This document shows positions 25,901-35,200 of a DNA stretch of 64,000 nucleotides, piece by piece. Position 1 is the first letter of the stretch. The number at the start of each line of letters is the position of its first letter. Made by a program: the position numbers and the translations under genes. The notes under the pieces were generated by a model. The model was not told where the DNA came from and did not search any database. It was given only the letters and a program-made list of their open reading frames with translations. This stretch comes from Mobula birostris. Taxonomy: Eukaryota. The stretch is from contig NC_092384.1 in assembly GCF_030028105.1 (NCBI RefSeq), forward strand, positions 22,079,629 through 22,143,628, given 5' to 3'.

Positions 25901-26903
25901 TGTTGGCATTCATTTCAAGAGGATGAGAACATGCAAGAATGTGATGCTGAGGCCATGAGCCATTGGTCACGCTGCATTTGGTGTATTGTGAGCAGTTGGG
26001 GGCCCCTTATCTAAAAGGTGCATTGGAAAGGATCCAGAGGACATTTGTAAAAGGTTTCAGGAATGAAAGTGGTAACAGATGAGGAGTCTTTGGCTTTGGG
26101 CCTGTACTCACTGGAGTTTTGAAGAATGAGGGGTGATCTTGTTGAAACATGAATATTGGAAGTTCTGGATGGAGGGACAGACAATGTTTCTTGTAGCAGG
26201 TGAGTTTAGGACCAGAAGGCACAGCCCTAGACAACAGTTGCGAAGGAATTTCTTTAGCCAGAGTAGCGAATCTGTGGCAGTCATTGCTATAGTTGTGCAG
26301 GGCCAAGCTGACAATAGGAGGTTGATGGGTTCTTGATTGATTAGTCACATGTTGTGGAAGAGGCAGGAGAAGAGTTCAGAATATAAATAGACCATGATAA
26401 AATGGCAGAGCAGACTCAGTGGGCCCAAATAGTCTAACTCTGCTCTTATTTATTCAGTGAAGCAAATGCAAAATCTAATCTGAGTAATCATAACTTTTGA
26501 GGTTCTACCTAACTGGAACTGGTTAAATAATTCTAGGTATTGTCTCAGCTGGCTAACTTTGATTTTTGAGGGCTGGCCAGCTATAACAAAATATCCTTAA
26601 GAATTCTGCTTTATTGCAATCACTTCTCTTCAGAAGAAATATAAACTTGCAGTTTAAAGCTCAAATAAACAATCTGATTTGAATGTACTCTAGTTGACTA
26701 AAAATGATATTCCAAGGTAAGTGGTCTTCTGGGAAGTGGATGAGCTTTCTCAATTCCAGCTGTATTTGATGCAACCACAGCAGCTTAATTCTTTTCAATC
26801 TTTTGCAGATCTTGTGCTTGCTACTGTTCCTGGTATAGTTGTGGTATTGTCAATGGTGTTCCTGGTCCTTGCAGTTACTTTGGCTAAAATAATGAGAACA
26901 TAA
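16971..26903 (+). CDS. EGF + ZP-module membrane glycoprotein (ZPD / GP2 / uromodulin-like), ~381 aa, spliced
   Basis: Phase-consistent GT-AG exons: [16971-16973 ATG, tentative], 17061-17121, 18648-18749, 19992-20197, 20708-20862, 21709-21948, 22355-22514, 22596-22719, 26809-26903. Signal peptide, EGF, ZP-N, ZP-C, basic cleavage site KKTKR, EHP-like GLLTYGPI, TM helix; AATAAA at 26943. Start codon uncertain (16971, 17025 and 17079 are all in frame). Confidence 0.88.
17061..17121 (+). CDS. ZP gene exon: signal peptide
   Basis: TTTTTACAG acceptor, GTAAGT donor; ALFKVLMLLLCGVVVPVCGA. Confidence 0.8.
17857..18585 (-). mobile_element. Rex1/Babar 3' fragment
   Basis: KDPHHPGQDHFSLLLSGRRYKCLRTHTTRFKNSYYPSAIRLLN. 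Confidence 0.8.
18648..18749 (+). CDS. ZP gene exon: EGF-like domain
   Basis: Phase 1-1; DCDPNPCKNEGTCVVVDGLAQCHCLHGLRGETCE with six Cys. Confidence 0.92.
19992..20197 (+). CDS. ZP gene exon: ZP-N first half
   Basis: DIKMEVECKQAYIKV...DACKA...NYSSCGTVVL; AG/GT boundaries. Confidence 0.9.
20708..20862 (+). CDS. ZP gene exon: ZP-N second half and linker
   Basis: SNATHIMYMNEL...IITRLPSEAIDFTCIYYRE; phase 0-2. Confidence 0.9.
21709..21948 (+). CDS. ZP gene exon: ZP-C first half
   Basis: GDVTVSMALYES...LTINDCWATPTKNPDD..YYLIKKG; the CWATP ZP signature. Confidence 0.93.
22355..22514 (+). CDS. ZP gene exon: ZP-C second half
   Basis: CPSDETV...FSVQMFRF..VFLHCRTEIC; phase 2-0. Confidence 0.93.
22596..22719 (+). 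CDS. ZP gene exon: cleavage site and external hydrophobic patch
   Basis: ECPNQSKKTKRETHTSAKGLLTYGPIQW...; ATAG acceptor, GTAAGT donor. Confidence 0.88.
22850..26450 (+). mobile_element. Old, nearly full-length degenerate CR1 LINE in the last intron of the ZP gene
   Basis: ORF1-like HICMKC Zn motif and IGTNN esterase-like remnant; ORF2 remnants PVSLTSMAGKMLE, KPCLTNLLE, LDFQKVFDKVP; CR1 3' UTR at ~26400-26450. A small hAT-type MITE (AATGTTCCCT end) sits at ~24811-25016. Confidence 0.85.
26809..26903 (+). CDS. ZP gene last exon: transmembrane helix
   Basis: NLVLATVPGIVVVLSMVFLVLAVTLAKIMRT-stop; TTTTGCAG acceptor. Confidence 0.88.
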
Positions 26904-27671
26904 AATCCAGCTCCTTGACCTGCAAATTGTAAGAACAAACCAAATAAAAGTTTCAATATAGGAAATGTGTGACAATGGAAAGGTGATGAGTATAATCCTG
27001 TGGGTATTGTTATGTATTGCTTTCACTGTTTGGATGTCAAATAAACTTGCCAATGCTTGACCTAAGTCCAGTATAGTGACCAAGATATTGTATCACTGAT
27101 TCACTTAAAATTGCCCTGTTACATTTGAATAGCATTTTAGCATGGCTTGGTTCTATTCATGCCTTGGTTCCATTGAAACTTTATGGGCCAACATTTCCAA
27201 GTCTAGGGATACAGAATTTATTTCAAGGAGGCAGTCAGCTGGTTTTCTGTTCACCTGGCCATTGTTGTGGACCTGGGAATGTATCAGAATTTGGAGTCTG
27301 ATGTCTACATGCAATGTGGCTTGCCTGCCAAATGATGGTATAAATAAGGCTTCAGTGGAGCTGTTGGTCTAATGCAGTAAATAGTCCCTGACAAGGATCT
27401 CTAATGGCCAGGGCTAGGTTTAGATCTACAATTATCTTGACAAAGATAGTGACACTTGCCATAAGGGGGTAAATAGGATTGTTGGATCTGTCAAATAACA
27501 GCATCAGTTGCTGACATTGCCTGTTGATCATGAGTGATCAATAGTGATGGACACTTGTTATAAATGCATTAGTAACAGATTGCATTGATAACAAAGATGA
27601 GTGCCCATTTTATATTTTTGCAGAATCAATTGTTGCCAAGCATGGAGTGGGGCAATGCCTGAAATTATATA

Positions 27672-29072
27672 CAGTGCCTATTAAAAAGTATTCAACTCAT
27701 TTTCATTTGTTTTACAACATTGAATCAGTGGATTTAATTTGGCTTTTTGATACTGATCAAAGTGAAAACAGATCTCTACAATGATCTAAATTACAAAAAA
27801 CAATGATTGCACACTTGCTGTCAGTATTCAGTAGATGCACCTTTGGTAGCAATTACAGCCTTGTCTGTGTGGATAGGTCTCTATCAGCTTTGCATATTTA
27901 GATACTACATTCTTTACAATTATCCCTATTCTTTACAAAACTGCTCAAGCTCTGTCAGATTGCATGGGGATCATGAATAAATGCCCCATTTCAAGTCCAG
28001 CCACAAATTCTCAATTGGATTGTGGTCTAGACTGACTTGCCACTCAAGGACATTAATTTGTGGATTTTAAGCCATTCCTGTGTAGCTGGAAATCAAATCA
28101 TCTCTTGCCTTCTCTCTTTTTTTTTTCTCCCCCCCACCCCCCCAAGTCAGTTCTCATGCACACTGCATCATGTTTTCCTCCAGCATTTCCCTGTATTTTG
28201 CTGCATTCATTTTACACTTTACCTTCATGAGCCTTCCAGGGCCTGCTGCAGTGAAGCATCCTCACAGCAAGATGCAGCCACCACTGTGCTTCCCAGTATG
28301 GAGGGTGTTTTTTGAGTGGTGTTTGGCTTACACCAAACAGTGGTTAGTCTAATAGCCAAAAGCTCAATTTTGATTTCATCAAGGCATAGAGCATTCTAGC
28401 TGGAATGTCATTTTTTTTTTCCCTTCTCAAGAGTGGCTTTCTCTTTACCACTCCTATAAGGAGAATGGTGAAACACACAGGTGACAGCTGTGTGGGCAGT
28501 CTCTCCCATCTCAACCACTAAGCTTGTACCTCCAGAGCTGGCATTGGTCTTTCAGTGGCTGCTCACTAGCCCTTCTTGTAGGGTCACTCACTTCGAGGAC
28601 TGCCTGCTTGAGTCAGAATTATAGCTGCATCAATTCTTTCCATTTGATGATACTCCAGGGATAGTTAGTGACTGGAAATTTTCTTGTATCCATGAGCTTT
28701 TTGTAGAGTTGGGTGGAGGGGTTCATGGTGTAGTTTTTACCAGGATCCTGACCCACCAGCAGTGGGATCTTCCAGAAACAGGTGTATAGTTACTACAATC
28801 AATTGAAAGGCCTTGGCTGCACAGGTGATCTCCATTTAACTAATTGAGACTTCTGAAACCACTTGACAGCACCATTGACTTGCTGTGTCATATTAAAGAG
28901 GATGAATACTTGTGTAATCAATTACTTTGTTGGTATTTGTGAATTTTTTTGTGGAGATCAGTTTTCATTTTGATGTCTTCTGGTGATCAGTGTTAAAAGC
29001 CAAATTAAATCCATTGAATCAATGTTGTAAAACAAAACCTTCCAAGGGCAGTGGTGAATACTTTGTGGACAG
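27672..29072 (-). mobile_element. Decayed Tc1/mariner transposon
   Basis: TA-CAGTGCC left end. Long inverted terminal sequences (TTTTACAACATTGAATCAGTGGATTTAATTTGGCTTTT ~27710 vs its reverse complement ~28990-29032). Minus-strand TGKHSGGCILL*GCF resembles Tc1 TVKHGGGSIMVWGCF. Confidence 0.85.
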
Positions 29073-29324
29073 AGAGTGTCTCTTAAATCTACATTGATTA
29101 ATAAATTTCACAGCACATGCTGGTGATAATAAACCTGATTCTGATTGCCTATCAGCCCTGTTTCAGATCAATATTACTGTGGACCCTTCTGCAAGAAACC
29201 CTTACTGTCCTTCCGTTCTTGGGTAATGTTCCCCTTCATCCGTGTAGTTAAATGAGTTCTAGTAAGCCAAATAGCAAGGTTGGAGTTTCAAATATCTATT
29301 GCATGTAATTAATAAATAAGACCT

Positions 29325-29680
29325 GCTGTAGAAGATGGAAATCCAGAAATGCCCAGTAACAGTGGGAGGAGATCTCCAGTATCAATAGAGGAGAATAAAT
29401 AGTTAATGTTTCAGGCTGAGAGCCTTTGGGGGGGGGGGGTGAGTCTTGAGGGGGGAGGAATAAAAGTCAGAGGTGAAACTAGCTGTGTGGGGATTGAGGG
29501 AAAAGCTGAGGTTGAAGGAATCTGATGGGAAGTGGATGATGGGAGAAAAGGGAATGGGGAGGGTCTAGCAGAGAAATGGGGCAAGCACCTGATGAGAGGA
29601 AAATCAGAATGGGAAGGGGAGGGTGGGGAAGAAAAAGTACTGGAAGTTGGAGAAATGGGAGATAGACAATGTTCTGCTAG
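29325..29680 (-). mobile_element. Old Penelope-like pLTR fragment
   Basis: Degenerate match to the pLTR pattern (GTTTCAGGCTGAGAGCCTT, purine-rich tract, GAAGTTGGAGAAAT). Confidence 0.6.
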
Positions 29681-29714
29681 CAGCAGAGGCATATTAAAAC
29701 CAAATTTAAAATAA

Positions 29715-30075
29715 CACTGGGAAAAGAGAGCACTCCCTCTTTATTCTGGCTTCCCCCTCCCTTGCCAGTCCTGTGTGAGGAATTAGCATAGAGGAGGGAG
29801 ACTGAAAATTTGGCTGAGTGGTGCCACAACAAAACCCCTTACCCAATGTCAGCAAGACAGAGGAACTGATTATTGACTTCAGGAGGAGGAAGCGGGCAGT
29901 CTGTGAGCCAGTCTTCAACGGGATCAGAGGCTGAGTGTGTTAACAACTTTTAAATTCCTCTTATCATTTCAGAAGATCTGTTCTGGGCCCAGCATGTAAG
30001 TGCAATTGTGAAGTAAACATGGCAGTACCTCTCCTTCCTTAGCAGTTGGTGCAGATTCAGCATGACATTTAAATG
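29715..30075. mobile_element. Rex1/Babar fragments in both orientations
   Basis: NVSKTEELIIDFRRRK and DLFWAQHV motifs on the + strand; short inverted piece upstream. Confidence 0.6.
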
Positions 30076-30221
30076 TAACACCCATGTATCAGCAGTCTTG
30101 TCGTGTGTGACTAGTTGTTGCACTCTTCGGAGAAAATCAAATTACACTTGGTGCTAACAGGCCATCAGAAGAATCCAGGTATTGGAAGGAGGCAGTGAAC
30201 AGAAACCACACACTGCAGGAA

Positions 30222-30430
30222 ACGCAAACACGAGGAAATCTGCAGATGCTGGAATTTCAAGCAACACCCATCAAAGTTGCTGGTGAATGCAGCACCTATA
30301 GGAAGAGGCACAGTTGACGTTTCGGGCCGAGACCCTTCGTCAGGACTAAGGGTCTCTGCCCGAAACATTATACCTCTTCCTAGAGATGCTGCCTGGCCTG
30401 CTGCGTTCACAAGCAACTTTTATGTGTGAC
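30222..30430. mobile_element. Fold-back Penelope pLTR (head-to-head inverted copy) with hammerhead
   Basis: AAAGTTGCTGGTGAATGCAGC...GAGACCCTT and AAGGGTCTC...GCTGCGTTCACAAGCAACTTT form inverted arms around a CGTCAGGACT spacer. Confidence 0.85.
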
Positions 30431-30949
30431 ACTTCTGGAAATAAGGTTTTGTTATAAGGGGAAAATACATGGACAAAATATTTACATGAGCAAGAACAAT
30501 TCAAAATTCAAACATCCTGTCTAGGTTTCAAATCTTAGATATCAACAAAAGCCAAATTCCTGTTTAGTTAGAATCAGTGATATTCATTAGAATAACCTTT
30601 GTTACTCCAATTTCTCTGACTCATTAGTGTTATTCTCTATTTAAAAGATTTGAGACTAAACTTTTTACTTATCCCTACTTAGAAAACCAAATATAATTCA
30701 TATTCTCAAGTATTATGGTTAACTTTAGTTTCAGTTCCAGGCAGTATATCTACAAGTTTAAATACAAATTCAAAAATTATATATACACAGTTTAATTCCT
30801 TTCACGACAATTCTCCAACATCACAACTCTTAAAGTAAATCTCATTCAGTAACTTATCAAAGTCTTTGCAAAAATAATCAGTTCTTTCAGAAAATCAAAT
30901 TTGGATTCTTTGAATGAAAACAGCTTGTGCATCAAACCATATTGAATCA

Positions 30950-31525
30950 AACTTTGACAATCTTCTGTAGTGTGGTGGAGAGTATATTGGCTGCTGCATC
31001 ACGGCCTGCTATGGAAAATCCTACAAAAAGTAGTGGATATTGTCCGTTCTATCACGGGTAAAACCCTCCCCACCATTGAGCACATCTACGCAGTCGCAGG
31101 AAAGCAGCATCCATCATTAAGGACCCCCACCGCATAGTCTATGCTCTCTGCTCGCTACTGCCACTACGGAGAAGGTACAGGAGGCTCAGGACCCACATCA
31201 CCCGGTTCAGGAACAGTTATTACCCCTCAGCCGTCAGCCCCCTGAACCAGCCCATCACTGAATTGTTCCGACAACCTACAGGCTCACTTTGAAGGACTCC
31301 TTGTCTCATGTTCTCGATGTTTATTGCTTGTTTATTTATCATTATTATATTTCTTTTTACTTATTTTGTATTTGCTCAGTCTGTCTTTTGCTTGTTGGTT
31401 ATTTGACGGTCCTGTTGGGTGAGGTCTTTCGTTGATTCGATTCTGCTTTCCGGATTTACTGGGCATGCCCGTGAAAGAACGGACCTCAGGATTGTATATG
31501 GTGACATACGTACCTTGATAATAAA
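30950..31525 (+). mobile_element. Rex1/Babar 3' fragment
   Basis: SIIKDPHRIVYALCSLLPLRRRYRRLRTHITRFRNSYYP; 3' UTR ending GATAATAAA. Confidence 0.8.
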
Positions 31526-31789
31526 TTAACTTGGTTCTCTGTCCGAAAATCCCGACTGTCTATTCATATTCATAGGTGCTGCCTGGTTGATTATGTGGTT
31601 AATCTGACTCCAGCGAAGGGCTGTTTCCCTTGCTGAATTTCTTTCTGAATTGTCATCTGTTGGACTGTATATTTTAATGAATAATACTAAGTGTCGATTC
31701 AGACTCCTGAAGAGTAATTCTGTATTCGCAGAGAAGCGACCAAGCAGCGGGTCTGTGTGCTGTGGGAGCCAACGAGAGAACCCCGAGCG

Positions 31790-31862
31790 GGGAGAGAGAG
31801 AGAGGGAGAGGGAGGGGGGAGAGAGAGAGACAGACTGTGTGTGTGTGTGTGTGTGTCTGTGT
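31790..31862. repeat. (GA)n/(GT)n compound microsatellite upstream of the kinase
   Basis: Read directly from the sequence. Confidence 0.9.
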
Positions 31863-32046
31863 CCCCACACAGACAGCTCCGGCACTCAAACTCTGCAAGC
31901 AAACTTCCTTCCTACCTGTCAACGGAGAAAGAAGGAACACATGTACACAGGGCGATCATCATGTATTTCCGCCAAGGGGCGGGATTTTGCTGAAAGATTT
32001 GCGGCAGGACTCGGCGAACGCCGGCAGTGGAGCTGGTTTGGGAAGA

Positions 32047-32276
32047 ATGGAGAGCGAGTGCGGGCAGAAGCGCCGCCCGGGAGCTGAAGCGTACGGCCCG
32101 GAGGGGCCTGTGTGCAGGTCTGGGCACTCCTCGGCTCCTCAGTTCACTCGCATCCGTCCCCAGGATTTGCAGCTGATCACGGAGGTGGGATCTGGAGGCT
32201 TCGGCGTAGTTTACAAAGCGCAGCACGAAGTCTGGAGGATACCCGTGGCTGTAAAGTACATGAAGCTGGATGGAAG
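32047..32276 (+). CDS. RIP kinase exon 1 (Gly-rich loop, VAVK)
   Basis: MESECGQK...EVGSGGFGVVYKAQHEVWRIPVAVKYMKLDG; donor AG|GTAAT; lies in a CpG-rich region. Confidence 0.9.
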
Positions 32277-35200
32277 GTAATCCGGGAGCGGGCCGAGTCT
32301 CACCAGTGTAAATGGGACATGAGCAACACGCTAGCTCCCCCTCGAACGGTGAAGGGTTGTTGTGTGGACTTTCTCTGCAGTGAGAGCGGCGCAGCCCCGG
32401 TTGTCGTTTGAGTCTAATCGAAGTGGATTACGAAATCCCTCTTTCGGAGCAGGGTGTGATTGCCGGTTTCTCCTGTGTCTCCAGTTTGCGCCCCTCTTCC
32501 CATTCCCTACAACTAACTGTAGGAAAGAGTAACCCAGGTCTTCTTGTGAGATCGGTTGGTGTGAGCTTGTCCTGCACCGACCCAGGGTTTCTGCATGAGT
32601 GATTCCAAACATTTCGGTTTCTATTCTGGAGTTCCAGCATCTGTTTTTTTAAGATCTCACTTCCCTGTCCCTGGTGTGTCAAAAGTAACGGATTTAGAAA
32701 TCCGAAGCAACACACACAAAATGCTGGAGAAACTCAGCAGGCCAGGCAGCGTCTATGGAAAAGAGCACAGTCGACGTTTCGGGCCGAGCCCCTTCATCAG
32801 GACTGGGAAGAAAGAGAGGTCAGAGTAAGAGGGTGGCGCAGGGGAGGAAGAAGTGTAGGGTGGTCGGTGATAGTAAGGAGATAAAGTGAGAGAGGGAAAC
32901 AGGAATGGGGGAATGGTGAGGGGGTGGGGGGTTCAGTTACTGGAAGTTCGAGACGTCAGTGTTCATGCCGTCAGGTTGGAGACTACCCAGACGGAACATA
33001 AGGTGTTGCTGCTCCAACCTGAGAGTGTGGCCTCATCGCGGCAGCAGAGGAGGCCGTGGACTGACACGTCAGAATGGGAATGGGAAGTAGAGTTGAAATG
33101 GGTGGCTCCCGGGCGATCAGGCTTTTTCTGGCGGACTAAGCATAGGCGAGGATGTCCTTCACAGGGCACCTGGCTTCTCAGTGACCACCGTTCAGCTAAA
33201 CTGTGAGAGCAGTAGCCTGGCGTCTGCTGCACGTTGGACAGCATTGATCACAGCTCAGAAACCGGACCACGACATCCTACCACCCCACCAGCCTCCGGGT
33301 CCAACATATTATTCTCCGTAATTTCCGCCACCTCCAACGGGATCCCACCACTAAGCACATCTTTCCCCCCCCCCCCCCCGCCTGCTTTCCGCAGGGATCG
33401 CTCCCTACACGACTCCCTTGTCCATTCGTCCCCCCCCCCATCCCTCCCCACTGATCTCCCTCCTGGCACTTATCTTTGTAAGCGGAACAAGTGCTACACA
33501 TGCCCTTACACTTCCTCCCTTACCACCATTCAGGGCCCCAGACAGTCCTTCCAGGTGAGGCGACACTTCACCTGTGAGTCGACTGGGGTGATATACTGCG
33601 TCCGGTGCTCCCGATGCGGCCTTTTATATATTGGCGAGACCCGACGCAGACTGAAAGACCGCTTTGCTGAACACCTACGCTCTGTCCGCCAGAGAAAGCA
33701 GGATCTCCCAGTGGCCACACATTTTAATTCCACATCCTATTCCCATTCTGACATGTATATCCACGGCCTCCTCTATTGTAAAGATGAAGCCACACTCAGG
33801 TTGGAGGAACAACACCTTATATTCCATCTGGGTAGCCTCCAACCTGATGGCATGAACATCGACTTCTCTAACTTCCACTAATGCCTCACCTCCCCCTCGT
33901 ACCCCATCTGTTATGTATTTTTATACACACATTCTTTCTCTCACTCTCCTTTTTCTCCCTCTGTCCCTCTGAATATACACCTTGTCCATCCTCTGGGTTC
34001 CCCCCGCCCTTGTCTTTCTTCCCGGACCTCCTGTCCCATGATCCTCTCGTATCCCCTTTGCCTATCACCTGTCCAGCTCTTGGCTCCATCCCTCCCCCTC
34101 CTGTCTTCTCCTATCATTTTGGATCTCCCCTCCCCCTTCCACTTTCAAATCTCTTACTAACTCTTCCTTCAGTTAGTCCTGACGAAGGGTCTCGGCCTGA
34201 AACGTCGACTGTACCTCTTCCTAGAGATGCTGCCTGGCCGGCTGCATTCACCAGCAACTTTGATGTGTGTTCCACGACATCTGTGCTGGGTGACGAGTAC
34301 CAGTCCAGTCACAGTCTCCTGTGCCTCCACGGTTCAGGTGCTTTTCGTGATGCATACACATGGGTGTGACCACCTCCTACAACACGTACACGACGCCGAC
34401 ACTAACCACTGACTGGGTGGAAAAAACCTTACTGAAATCCGGTCCAAATTGTCCCTCATTTCCCCTTGAAATCTGCTACCTCATACTTTAAACTCACAGT
34501 ATATCTACTAGTTATAGACACATTCGTAGAGTGTCTTGCTACATAATTTTGTATCTGGGAGATACAAAATCTGTTTGTGATAACCCAGCTGGTATTGTTT
34601 TAAAATAGTTTTTAAAAAAGTAAGACCATAAGATATAGGAGTAGAACAAGGCCATTCAGCACATCGAGTCCGCTCTGCCTTTCCATCATGGCTGATTTAT
34701 TATCCCTCTGAATCCCATTCTCTGGCTACTTCCCATCGTCTCTGACGCCCTGACTAATCAAGAACCTATCAACTGCCGCTTTAAGTACACTCAATGACTT
34801 GTCCTCCACAGCTGTCTGCTGCAATGAATTCCACAGATTCACTACCCTGGCTAAAGAAATGCCTCGTTATCTCTGTTATCAATGGACGTCCCTCTGTTTG
34901 GAAGCTATGCCCCCAGTCCTGGACTCCCCCACTATACGAAACATCCACTCTGCCTGGGCCTTCTGTTATTCGATAGGTTTCAATGAGATCCCCTCCCCTC
35001 ATTCCTTTAAACTCCTGTGAGTACAGGCCCAGAGCCATCAAACAACCCTCATACATTAACCCTTTTGTTCCCAGAATAATTCTTGTGAGCCTCCTCTGGA
35101 CCTTCCCCAGCACATCTTAGATAAGCGGCCGAAAACTGCTCACAATACTCCCAAGTGCGATCTGATTAATGCCTTACAAAGCCTCAGCGTTACGTCCTTG

